This document shows, piece by piece, positions 7,764 to 16,472 of a DNA stretch of 38,155 nucleotides. A model generated the notes under the pieces. It did not search any database. It was not told the origin of the DNA and saw only the letters and a program-made list of their open reading frames with translations. Location of the stretch: contig JAWCPE010000002.1 of assembly GCA_038870415.1 (NCBI GenBank), forward strand, positions 1 to 38,155, given 5' to 3'. Numbering within the stretch: position 1 is the first letter of the stretch; each line of letters opens with the position of its first letter. This DNA comes from Candidatus Bathyarchaeia archaeon (lineage in GTDB: Archaea; Thermoproteota; CALKCG01; B24; JAWCPE01). A program made the position numbers and the translations under genes.

Positions 7764-8054
7764 CTATCTCGTCGAGGTGGCGGTGGGTTTCCTCTCCGAC
7801 CGGGACCTGACCTTGACGACTCGATGATGGATCGCGCAGGAGATGCAGTAGTTCCGGACGACCTGCTGCCCTCCGAGATACGCGCCTTTGGCACGAAGCT
7901 CTCTCGCCAACTGGGGGTCCACGAAGGAGACGCGGCTGGTGATCCTCTTAACCTTGTCTCTCGGCACTAGGCTTCCACAGGCGCTGCACTGGACGAGTTC
8001 GCTTCTACCCTTGCCACCCTTGCCCCTACCCCTCGACCGTCTCTTCTTCGGCAT
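7764..8054 (-). CDS. rps26e: 30S ribosomal protein S26e
   Basis: 96 aa: MPKKRRSRGRGKGGKGR..VQCSACG..PRDK...NYCISCAIH. These are the characteristic S26e zinc-ribbon cysteines and basic N-terminus. Confidence 0.85.
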   Translation of the reverse strand: MPKKRRSRGRGKGGKGRSELVQCSACGSLVPRDKVKRITSRVSFVDPQLARELRAKGAYLGGQQVVRNYCISCAIHHRVVKVRSRSERKPTATSTR

Positions 8055-8220
8055 AAGCCCGACCCTAAGCCTTAGAGGCTCATCACAGCGTTCGCTATGT
8101 AAAAGGCTTGCTGCCTCCTCGGCCCCTACCGCCGAACGGCGAGGAGGCCCCGGCGCAGAAGGCTTATGTCGGCCTGAAGCCTCTCCGAACCCCAGCGTCG
8201 ACGCTATTAGCTAGCGAGGC

Positions 8221-9132
8221 TTGGGAAGGTTGGTCACCCTCCTCGTCGTCGGGCACTGTACGATAGACCACATCTACGTGGGGGGCTCGCCATGGAGACC
8301 GACGCTCGGAGGCCCCGCGACCTACACCTCCCTAGCGGCAAGGAGCCTCGGGGCGGATGTGAAGCTGATCTCGCTCGTCGGCGCCGATTTCCCAGATGAA
8401 TACGCGATCTGGCTGTCAAGCAAGGGCGTAGACATCTCAGGATTAAGGAGGCTAGACGGCGAGAGGACGACGAGCTTCATTCATCGGTACAGCGGCCACG
8501 AGAGGTCGATGTGGCTGAGAGCCAGATGCCGCCCGCTCTCGACCCAAGACATCCCTGAGAGCCTTGATGCCGACGCGGTCCACCTAGGCCCGGTAGCCAA
8601 CGATATCACCCCTGAGGCTTTCATGAAAGCGACGAGGAGTTCGACGCTCATCTCCTTAGACCCCCAGGGCTACCTGAGAGCCTTCGGTTCCGACGGCATA
8701 GTGTCGCAGTCTACGCCGCCCGATTTCATCCTTGACGGCGTCGATATCCTCAAAGCCTCAGGCGGGGAGCTTGTCTGGATGACGGGCATAGGGGACCTCC
8801 TAGCGGCCTGTCGCGAGGTGGTCCGCAGAGGGCCTATGATCGTGATCGCCACAAGGGGCGCGGAAGGCGTCGTTCTCGTCAGCCAGAAGGAGGCCTTCAT
8901 CGTACCGGCTTATACGCCTAGGAAGGTGGTTGACCCGACCGGTGCCGGTGACGCGTTCATAGGCGCGTTCCTAGCCGAGTACCTTACGAAACAAGACCTA
9001 GCCTGGTCAGCTGCGGTAGGGTCTGCCTCCGCCAGCTTCGTGGTTGAAGGCTACGGGCCTTCATCCTTCGGTGAACGAGACGAGGTCTACGCGAGAGCGC
9101 AGACCGTGACCCGCGGCGTGAAGAGGCTGTGA
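8221..9132 (+). CDS. PfkB-family carbohydrate/nucleoside kinase
   Basis: 303 aa with TTG start. It has the C-terminal signature DPTGAGDAFIGAF and an N-terminal GG-type motif (LGGPATY). Confidence 0.8.
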   Translation: MGRLVTLLVVGHCTIDHIYVGGSPWRPTLGGPATYTSLAARSLGADVKLISLVGADFPDEYAIWLSSKGVDISGLRRLDGERTTSFIHRYSGHERSMWLRARCRPLSTQDIPESLDADAVHLGPVANDITPEAFMKATRSSTLISLDPQGYLRAFGSDGIVSQSTPPDFILDGVDILKASGGELVWMTGIGDLLAACREVVRRGPMIVIATRGAEGVVLVSQKEAFIVPAYTPRKVVDPTGAGDAFIGAFLAEYLTKQDLAWSAAVGSASASFVVEGYGPSSFGERDEVYARAQTVTRGVKRL

Positions 9133-9211
9133 GTCGCCGAAAAACGTTACCAGAACGGTAGCGGGGACGAGTTGAAGCCGCGATCCGCAGCTTGACGATG
9201 TATAGGACGCC

Positions 9212-10741
9212 TCAGTACGCCTCCGCGACGTAGACGATATGCCTAGCCGTTCTCCCGCAGATGATGCATCGGCTGTCGGGGTTAGGCTTCTCCTCGTGGG
9301 GGAAGAGGACGCCCCTCACCTCGGCGCCTGTACGTTCACGGACCTTCTCCGCGCAGGCTGCGCCGTCCATCTCTATGGAGCAGAAGGGGGCCTTCACGAT
9401 ACCGTGCGATTCTCTAAGTTTCTCGACGAGCTCTTCGAGGCTCTGCGCCTCTCCCAGCTTGGATTTCAGCCGCTGCTCAGCCCTCTTCTTGAGCCCCTCC
9501 AGCATATCTACGCCCTCGGCTACTATGCGTTCCGCCAAGCCTTGAAGCTGAACTCGGCTACGATTTCTCGTGTCCCTTCTGAACAACGTCAGGTAGCCCC
9601 CCGTCGCCTCCTTTGCGCCTACCTCCAGTCTGAAGGGGACGCCCCTCATCTCCCAGAAGTAGTACTTGGCGCCAGGCGTCTCCTCTCTCAGGTCGAGTTC
9701 GATGCGGAACCCTGCCTGTCTCAGATGGTTCGCTGCGTCCTGAGCTAGTTGGAGGATGCGAGGGTTCTCATTCTGCCTCCCTTTTATCGGCACGATCACC
9801 ACCTGGACAGGTGCGACTGCAAGCGGGAAGACGAGGCCATCGTCATCACCGTGAACGGATATCAACGCGGCGAGAATGCGGGATATCCCAGGCCCATAGC
9901 AGGTCTGGCTGACGTACCTACGTTCGCCGCCGGTAGCCATGTACATGATCTCGAAGGCCTTCGCGAAGTTCTCGCCCAGCATATGCGTTGACGCGAACTG
10001 GTTGAGCTTCCCATCAGGCATCAGGCAGTCGGCGGCGTAGGTATCGACAGCCCCCTTGAACTTGTCCCATTGAGGCCTCCGGAAGAATAGGAAAGGCAGG
10101 CCTAGCTGCTGGTGGAGCACCTCCTCCGCTACCTCGCCGTCCTCTATGACCTGCTTGTAGGCCTCGTCCCATGTTGCGAAGGCGTCATGTGCCTCTATCC
10201 ACGGGAACTCCCTCCCTCGTAGGAGGGGCTTCGTCGCCTTCGTCTCGTGGCGGAAGACCGTGCAGGATTGGTAGAGTTTAAGCGGCAGGTCCGTGTAGCT
10301 TCGGATCCATAGAGCGTACATCTGGTAGAACGCGGTCTCTGAGGTCGGCCTCAGAGCTAGACGCTTCTCCAGCTCCTCGTCTGCGCCATGCGTCACCCAG
10401 AAGACCTCCGGCTTGAAGCCTTCCACATGCTCGGCTTCCCTCGTGAAGTTCTCCTCGGGGATGACCGTGGGGAACATCACGGGCAGATGGCCGCGTCTCT
10501 CAAGCGCCTCCTCGTAGGCGCGGTAGATCAGCTTGAGGCAGGTCGTCGCCCAAGGCCTGTAGACGATGAAGCCCTTCACGTTGTACCTGTCATCTATCAG
10601 CTCAGCTTCACGGATGATCCGGTTGTACCACTCGGAGAAATTCCCAGCTTTGTCGACGTGGAACGTCTCCCTCCTCTGTTTGCCTCCGGTAGCTTCCGAC
10701 AACGTACTCTCTCCGTGGTTGAGCAGCGGATGCTCAACCAA
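9212..10741 (-). CDS. proS: proline--tRNA ligase (archaeal/eukaryotic type)
   Basis: 509 aa: NFSEWYNRIIREAELIDDRYNVKGFIVYRP, class II motifs (FRHE, GPGISR), and a C-terminal Zn-binding tail ending in Y. The true start may be the downstream in-frame TTG. Confidence 0.9.
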   Translation of the reverse strand: MVEHPLLNHGESTLSEATGGKQRRETFHVDKAGNFSEWYNRIIREAELIDDRYNVKGFIVYRPWATTCLKLIYRAYEEALERRGHLPVMFPTVIPEENFTREAEHVEGFKPEVFWVTHGADEELEKRLALRPTSETAFYQMYALWIRSYTDLPLKLYQSCTVFRHETKATKPLLRGREFPWIEAHDAFATWDEAYKQVIEDGEVAEEVLHQQLGLPFLFFRRPQWDKFKGAVDTYAADCLMPDGKLNQFASTHMLGENFAKAFEIMYMATGGERRYVSQTCYGPGISRILAALISVHGDDDGLVFPLAVAPVQVVIVPIKGRQNENPRILQLAQDAANHLRQAGFRIELDLREETPGAKYYFWEMRGVPFRLEVGAKEATGGYLTLFRRDTRNRSRVQLQGLAERIVAEGVDMLEGLKKRAEQRLKSKLGEAQSLEELVEKLRESHGIVKAPFCSIEMDGAACAEKVRERTGAEVRGVLFPHEEKPNPDSRCIICGRTARHIVYVAEAY

Positions 10742-10857
10742 CGTCTAAAAGACGGTTATTAAACGTAACAGGTGTGTCCAACCGACCTGCCGGGTTTTCT
10801 CAACGAGCTAAGAAATCTCCGGCCTGCGAGGCTGGTTTAGACTCGTGTCTCAGCCCG

Positions 10858-11928
10858 CTATATGACGCCTGTCTCGGTAGCTAGCTTCTCAGCGTCAGCT
10901 TCGCTTAGCCTCTTCTCGGAGAGGATTGTGTACCGCTCCGGCCTGATTTCAGCTGCCAGAACGAGGGCTTTCACGATATTCCTCGGGTCGATGCCCAGTT
11001 GGCTCGCAGAGGTTGGGGCGTGGACCTGAACGAGTACCCGTCGAATTCTGCCCCAGTCTTCCCCGAAGAGTTTCGCCGCGAGGATAGCGCCCACGCCGCA
11101 CTGCTCGCCGTGTCGCGCAGCCCTGAAGCCCTCTTTGAGAGAGAGGAGGTCGAGCGCGTGGCTGAAGAGGTGCTCTGTGCCGCTCGCTGGGCGGCTGCTC
11201 CCAGCTATGCTCATGGAGACGCCGCTCCCGATAAGGGCCTTCACCACAATCCTCGTCGCCTCGCTTGTCCCCGCGGAGATAACGTTCGCATGTTCTTCCA
11301 CGAGTCTTGGGCCCATCAGAGCCATCGAGGCAGCATACTCGCTATAGCTTTCCCCGGTGACCTGAGCTGCAAGCTGCCAGTCCTTGACTGACGTTATCTT
11401 TGCCAATAGGTCGCCGCAGCCAGCCGCCAGCGTCCCCTCGGGGGCGTTCCCTATGATAGCTGTGTCAGCTATGATCGCGTTCGGCGAGTAGGCTTTCACG
11501 TAGGCTTCGCCAAGCTCGAGCTTCACGAATCGCCTCAAGAGGAAGTTCACGAAGGGTGAAGATATGCCATCGTGGGCCGCTGAGGTGGGCACGCTGATGA
11601 AGGGAAAACCCAGCCAGCTTGAGGCGAGCTTCGCGACGTCAATGACCCTGCCGCCGCCCACACCTACGATGAAGCTACAGGCCTCCTTCTTGGCTTCCTG
11701 GCTCACAAGCTTGACATCCTTAACGGCTATCGCACCGGAGTCTACGAAGGCTCTGCAAACCTTAAGTCCGGCCTCTTCCAGACAGCTGGAGAGCTCCTCG
11801 GCCACCTTACTAGTGTAGCTCATTCCCGAGACGACGCAGGCCTGAGCTCCTACCCCTAGACGCCTACAGATTCTCGGCGTCTCATGGATCGCGCTCGGCC
11901 CCATGACCACGTACCGCGGTATCTCCAT
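10858..11928 (-). CDS. egsA: sn-glycerol-1-phosphate dehydrogenase
   Basis: GGGRVIDVAK nucleotide-binding motif and VPTSAAHDGISSPF metal site, typical of archaeal G1PDH. ATG at 11928 gives MEIPRYVVMG. The track starts 5 codons earlier, at TTG 11943. Confidence 0.75.
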   Translation of the reverse strand: MEIPRYVVMGPSAIHETPRICRRLGVGAQACVVSGMSYTSKVAEELSSCLEEAGLKVCRAFVDSGAIAVKDVKLVSQEAKKEACSFIVGVGGGRVIDVAKLASSWLGFPFISVPTSAAHDGISSPFVNFLLRRFVKLELGEAYVKAYSPNAIIADTAIIGNAPEGTLAAGCGDLLAKITSVKDWQLAAQVTGESYSEYAASMALMGPRLVEEHANVISAGTSEATRIVVKALIGSGVSMSIAGSSRPASGTEHLFSHALDLLSLKEGFRAARHGEQCGVGAILAAKLFGEDWGRIRRVLVQVHAPTSASQLGIDPRNIVKALVLAAEIRPERYTILSEKRLSEADAEKLATETGVI

Positions 11929-11994
11929 GAAGTCCAGTTGCACGCCATAACCTTCGGCGGCTGTCCGCAGAGGGCTCTAATCTGCCGGTTACCG

Positions 11995-12001
11995 ATATAA
12001 A
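11995..12001 (-). promoter_or_regulatory. candidate TATA box (TTTATAT) upstream of egsA
   Basis: Minus-strand TTTATAT lies 50-70 nt upstream of the two candidate egsA starts. Confidence 0.3.
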
Positions 12002-12190
12002 GCAATACGGCGCCTGTTGGCGCTGGAAACCCTTCTAGGTTTATCCTGCCTCGCGAAGGCTTAGCCTCCTCTAGGGGACACTTGAACCCGCCTTCAGAGG
12101 ATCTTCTTGCGCTAGAATGTGGCGGTCCTTGCCAGAGGGGTATGCCGCCAGTCCGGCTGGAAGGGGTAAAGAAAAGAAGCGTCTCGGCGT

Positions 12191-12621
12191 TTGCTTAGCC
12201 GCTCAATGAGATGTATGAGGGCATTCTTGCCTCTGGACCCAGGGGATTTGGAGCTGATAGAGGCTGCTCGGAAGGTTCTACGGAGGAACTATCACCCGGC
12301 TCGGCACAAGGTAGGGGCTGCTATGCGACGCGGCTCAGGCCGCGTCTATAAGGGGATTAACGTGGAGGCGTATGGCTACGGTCCTTGCGTGGAACCGGCC
12401 GCGTTGGGCACGGCGTTCATCAACGGCAAGCCGGAGATAATCAGCGTTGTCGCGGTGTGCAAGCGCGGAGACGAGTACCCCTTTCTCCCCCCTGCGGCAG
12501 CTGCCGCCAACTCTTGACAGACTACGCGAAGTCTATGGTGATCTTCGTCGATGAAGGAAAGGTGTTCAAAATGGAGACGCGAAACCTTCTCCCCGGCGCG
12601 TATATCAGCGACTTCCAGTAG
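12191..12621 (+). pseudogene. cdd: cytidine deaminase interrupted by a frameshift in a C6 tract
   Basis: Frame 1 gives ..HKVGAAMRRGSGRVYKGINVEAYGYGPCVEPAALGTAF..EYPFLPP, then nonsense. The other frame gives PPCGSCRQLLTDYA..LLPGAYISDF. Together these are the C.E and PCG.CRQ zinc motifs of homotetrameric cytidine deaminases. The frames switch at cccccc (12487-12492). Confidence 0.75.
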
Positions 12622-12714
12622 CCTTCACCATCATTCCAGACCATGACCTACCCGTTCTGCATATATGAAAGTGGCCTAGGGAGATTCGGACTCCTGTCGG
12701 CGGGTTCTTCTCCA

Positions 12715-12720
12715 TTTTTT
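12715..12720 (+). terminator. T6 run, possible archaeal terminator downstream of cdd
   Basis: ccaTTTTTTgg lies about 95 nt after the cdd stop. Oligo-T tracts act as archaeal termination signals. Confidence 0.3.
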
Positions 12721-12955
12721 GGATCCAGAGCCCTATAGGAAACCATCCGGCCCAGGGAGGCTACCCGCTATGCTTGGCCGCTACAGTCGGCGGAGAGGAA
12801 CACCCTCTCCTCCGCTGCGCTGAGCGCCCATCCGGGCTACGAGCCCCTGAATGGCCGAGGGCCTCATTTAACTCTTCCCGCCCCCTGAAGGAGACTACCA
12901 ACCTAAGCTCTTCAGGAGCATCGCCGACTAATGACAGGCTAAGGTTGGAGACCTA

Positions 12956-13028
12956 GCCTATGGCCACGGACGAAGGCGGGGAGGGTAATGCCATCTCCCG
13001 GGAAAACTTCGCCAGGAGGGCTAAGAGC
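12956..13028 (+). repeat. conserved intergenic block, copy A
   Basis: GCCTATGGCCACGGACGAAGGCGGGGAGGGTAATGCCATCTCCCGGGAAAACTTCGCCAGGAGGGCTAAGAGC aligns with 26395-26475. By hand that is about 34/50 identities, then 14/14 over GGAGGGCTAAGAGC. The block abuts the stop codon of the minus-strand gene 13029-14174. Confidence 0.6.
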
Positions 13029-14174
13029 CTAAGCTACAACCCCACCTGAAGCTGGCTTCTGAAGGATGGCCCTCAGCCGTTCCGCTATCAGCTTCTCCTC
13101 CCCGTCTTGAAGCAGGTGCGGGTTCACGACAAGGCTGTTCCTCTCCAGCATCACGTAGATAGCCGGGTCTCCCTCCCTCAGCTGTTCCGCCACCTCGCGG
13201 GCCGTAACCCCGAGCGCCCCCTCGTCCAGCGTGACGGAGGCCCTCGGCCAGCACTGAGCGTGGTACTCCTTCGAAACGTCCGGGAAGACCCTCCTCACCG
13301 CAACGTGTGGAATCCCGCTCAGCAGCTGGATGAGCGACTGGACCTTCGCCTCCCAGGTCTCACGTTCCGCCCTGAAGTCCTTCGCCGTGAATAGCCTCAG
13401 CGCCGTCAGCAAGCCGATGACCTGTTCCTTGCTCACCTTCATCGGTCTCCCCACGCCTGCATGCGGCGAGGCCTGAGCTGCCGCGGCCTCGACGAGGTCC
13501 CTTCGACCGCAGAGGATGCCGGTATCGTTCGGTCCCTGGATCGCCTTCCCACCGCTGAAGATGACGAGGTCTGCCCCCGCCGCCACGATCCCCCTCAGGT
13601 TCTCCTCAGGCGGCAGCTCGGCAGCCGCGTCTACTATCACCGGGACGCGGCGGCGTCTCCCAACCCTGACGGCTCTCTCTAAGAGGGGATAGCCCCGCTC
13701 GGTGCCTGTGTAGAAGAGGAGCCCTATCGCCGCCGTCCTCTCGCCCACCGCCTCCTCTAGGTCCTGCTCAGTGCACGAGTCCTCGGTTCCAGCGAAGACA
13801 AGGCGTCCCCCGCCGAGCATGAAACACTGGTTGAAGCTTGAGCTGCACATCTTCGGTAGGACAACCTCGTTTCTCAAACCCTCACTGTTAGGGAGCATGG
13901 CGATCTTCTCTGGGTCTTTCCCGGCGATGCAGGCCGCCGTGGCGAGGACGATCCCGGCCGCCGCACCGGCGGTCACATGGCCTGCCTCTGCCCCCGTAGC
14001 CTCGGCGATAAGCTCGCTCGCCCTCCTTTGGAGCTCGTCCATGTTCACGTAGCCTCGCGCCGCCTCATCCATCGCTTCAAGGACCTCCTTAGGCGGGGCG
14101 GAGCCCCCGAGGAAGGTGACCGTCCCAACCGCGTTTATGACTCGTTTCACGCCGAACCTCCGATAGATATCCAC
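13029..14174 (-). CDS. SelA-like (COG1921-type) PLP-dependent enzyme, paralog 1
   Basis: 381 aa with FSGGKAIQGPNDTGIL (PLP-lysine region as in SelA/DgaE-type enzymes) and VINAVGTVTFLGGS at the N-terminus. Confidence 0.7.
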   Translation of the reverse strand: MDIYRRFGVKRVINAVGTVTFLGGSAPPKEVLEAMDEAARGYVNMDELQRRASELIAEATGAEAGHVTAGAAAGIVLATAACIAGKDPEKIAMLPNSEGLRNEVVLPKMCSSSFNQCFMLGGGRLVFAGTEDSCTEQDLEEAVGERTAAIGLLFYTGTERGYPLLERAVRVGRRRRVPVIVDAAAELPPEENLRGIVAAGADLVIFSGGKAIQGPNDTGILCGRRDLVEAAAAQASPHAGVGRPMKVSKEQVIGLLTALRLFTAKDFRAERETWEAKVQSLIQLLSGIPHVAVRRVFPDVSKEYHAQCWPRASVTLDEGALGVTAREVAEQLREGDPAIYVMLERNSLVVNPHLLQDGEEKLIAERLRAILQKPASGGVVA

Positions 14175-14225
14175 AGCCGCATAACCCCTTAACTTGTCAA
14201 GAGCAGCTATTTCTTGACTGTTCGT

Positions 14226-15155
14226 CTACCAGTAACGGGTCTCCGTCCTGACCTCGCTCGCCTCTCCTTTGCGGACGAGGTTCTCTAGGAGTTTGATCGC
14301 CGTGATGAGGCTTGGCCCTTTCAGCATCTCCGCGAGTTCCCTGGGGCTGAGAGGCCTCTGAGCGGCCTGGACGAGCTCCTTGGTCTTCCTCATCGCGGCC
14401 TGGACTGCCTCTGCGTGGCGTTGAATGAACTCCGTCACCTCAGAGCCCCTCAGAACCGCGTCCTTCGCCCCCCTGTACTGGTGAGCGGCCAACATCAGGT
14501 CTGCGTTCAGCTTCAACAACCGGCGGTCTGAGGCGAGGACCTGGTCTGGGTCCCCGTAGAAGTGCAGCATCTCTCCGCTTACGGCGTCGCCTGTGAATAC
14601 GAGTTGCTGCTCGGGCTGGTAAAGCCCAATCGAGCCGTCCGTATGCCCTGGGATCTCCAATACCTGGTACTCCTCCCCTGCGAGGTTCAGGAGATCGCCC
14701 TCCTTCAGGAGTAGGTCGGCCTTTGGGTAGGGGTCCGCCTTGACTGGCCTGAAGCAGTCCGGGTACCTTTCATGCAACGCCCTGAAGAGGATGGCGTCTA
14801 GGTCTTCCTCTATCAGCCACGCGTCGGCCCTGTGAACCGCCACCTTCGCGCCTGAAGCCCTCTTCACCGCCGGGAGGCCCTCGTAGTGGTCGCCGTGCCC
14901 ATGCGTCAAGACCACAAGCCCAATCTCGGAGGGGCTTCTCCCCAACCGTTCCAGGTAGGGGAAGATGTTCTCCTCAGGCGTCTTATGGAGGCCCGTATCG
15001 ATAAGGGCGATCTCTTTCCCGAGAAGCACGTAGACCCCCGTGAACATCTCTCCCAAGGGGGCTTTCACCAGATGGATCCGCTCCGTGATCTTCAAGCTTT
15101 CACGCTCCGAGATGAGGCACGTCTCTCGTCCATCACTCCTTTTAAGAGTTGCCAA
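14226..15155 (-). CDS. MBL-fold metallo-hydrolase
   Basis: 309 aa with the HxHxDH motif LTHGHGDHYEG and a later GHTDGS. A helical C-terminal extension follows. Confidence 0.8.
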   Translation of the reverse strand: MATLKRSDGRETCLISERESLKITERIHLVKAPLGEMFTGVYVLLGKEIALIDTGLHKTPEENIFPYLERLGRSPSEIGLVVLTHGHGDHYEGLPAVKRASGAKVAVHRADAWLIEEDLDAILFRALHERYPDCFRPVKADPYPKADLLLKEGDLLNLAGEEYQVLEIPGHTDGSIGLYQPEQQLVFTGDAVSGEMLHFYGDPDQVLASDRRLLKLNADLMLAAHQYRGAKDAVLRGSEVTEFIQRHAEAVQAAMRKTKELVQAAQRPLSPRELAEMLKGPSLITAIKLLENLVRKGEASEVRTETRYW

Positions 15156-15259
15156 CGTTCAGACGGGGAAACTGTTTTCACCACGTTTATAGTCGTAAAC
15201 GATAAATCCGTTCGAGCAGGTTCTCACCCGGTGTTCATGCGCGCATTAGAGGTAGGTCC

Positions 15260-16396
15260 ATGTACGACCTAGTCGTGAAGAATGGGCTTCTCATAGACCC
15301 TGCTCAGGGGATTCACGAACGGAAGGACGTCGCCCTTCTCGACGGAAAGGTGGCTGCGGTTGAGCCGCGGATCGACGAGTCGCAGGCTAGGCGTGTCGTC
15401 GACGCGGAAGGCCTGATAGTGACGCCGGGCCTCATCGACCTGCACGTCCATGTCTGCTACCGGATCGCGCCCCTAGCCGTAGACCCGGAGGCTGCCTGCC
15501 TGGCGAAGGGCTCCACGACCGTGCTGGACGTAGGCTCTTTGGGAAATCTCCTGTTCGAGGGCTTCCGCAGGTACATTATAGACCGTTCCCCGACGCGGAT
15601 ATACGCGTTGTTGAACGTCGGCTCCCTAGGCCTCATCGGGACAGCCCCAGGTGAGCATTGGCCTATGCTCTATAACGACACGTTCGCCACGTCGCTCTTC
15701 ATCAACCCTGACGAGACGACCCGCGTGATAGAGGCGAACCGCGACGTCATCCTTGGGATCAAGTGGCATAACACTTATGGGCGAAGGGCGCTCGCCGCCG
15801 CGAGAAGGGCTGCAGACGCCTCCGGCGGCATAATCATGGCTGAGAACCATTACCAGCCTGAGACGTTGTACTTCCTGAACCGCGGCGACATCCTGACGCA
15901 CATCTATCATCCGCATAGGACGCATGGAGTCCTAGACCCAGACGGGAAGGTCCCGTCGGAGTACTACACGGCGATGAAGCGCGGCGTCCTCTTCGATGTA
16001 GGCCACGGCGCAGGCAGCTTCGCATGGAACGTAGCCGAGAAAGCGATACCGCAGGGGATCAGGCCTGACACGATCAGCACGGACCTCCACACCGGCAGCA
16101 TAAACGGCCCAGCCTTCGACATGCCGACGACGATGGCCAAGTTCCTCCACCTCGGCTTCACGCTCGACGAGGTTGTGAAGGCCTCCACCGCGCGGCCCGC
16201 GGAGGCCCTCGGAAAACTTGGCGAGATTGGGACGTTGAAGCCTGGCGGAGCGGGCGACGTAGCGGTCTTCAAGCTGGAGGAGGGTAAGTTCCCCCTCGTC
16301 GATGTCCTAAAGCAGGAAAGAATGGGGTCGCAGCGACTCGTGCCTGTAACCGTCATCAAGGGCGGTGAAATCTACCGGGACGCTCGCCAGCGATAG
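15260..16396 (+). CDS. amidohydrolase-superfamily metallohydrolase (dihydroorotase/deacetylase-like)
   Basis: 378 aa: the N-terminal beta-sandwich lead VVKNGLLIDP..VTPGLIDLHVHV (HxH metal site), a later DVGHG, and a C-terminal GGAGDVAVF. Confidence 0.75.
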   Translation: MYDLVVKNGLLIDPAQGIHERKDVALLDGKVAAVEPRIDESQARRVVDAEGLIVTPGLIDLHVHVCYRIAPLAVDPEAACLAKGSTTVLDVGSLGNLLFEGFRRYIIDRSPTRIYALLNVGSLGLIGTAPGEHWPMLYNDTFATSLFINPDETTRVIEANRDVILGIKWHNTYGRRALAAARRAADASGGIIMAENHYQPETLYFLNRGDILTHIYHPHRTHGVLDPDGKVPSEYYTAMKRGVLFDVGHGAGSFAWNVAEKAIPQGIRPDTISTDLHTGSINGPAFDMPTTMAKFLHLGFTLDEVVKASTARPAEALGKLGEIGTLKPGGAGDVAVFKLEEGKFPLVDVLKQERMGSQRLVPVTVIKGGEIYRDARQR

Positions 16397-16472
16397 TTCG
16401 ATGCCTCGTCCCCGGTCAACTTGATGGTTATAAGCTGTAACAGCGGTTGCTTGCGGCTGGTGGCTTCAAGCC

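Noticed and set aside
9133-9211. GAAAAACGTT shared with block C, plus a bulged hairpin between the convergent PfkB and proS genes
   Set aside because: Only a 10-mer is shared and the other block cores are absent. The hairpin is adequately explained as a convergent terminator region.
12722-13028. Possibility that this spacer is RNase P RNA or SRP RNA
   Set aside because: AGGAAACCATCCGGCCC and CCGGCCCAGG superficially recall CR-I and SRP helix 8. But I found no GAGGAAAGTCC, no ACAGAA..GGCTTA partner, and no GGAA-tetraloop/AGCA helix-8 motif on either strand. The order of the look-alike motifs is also wrong.
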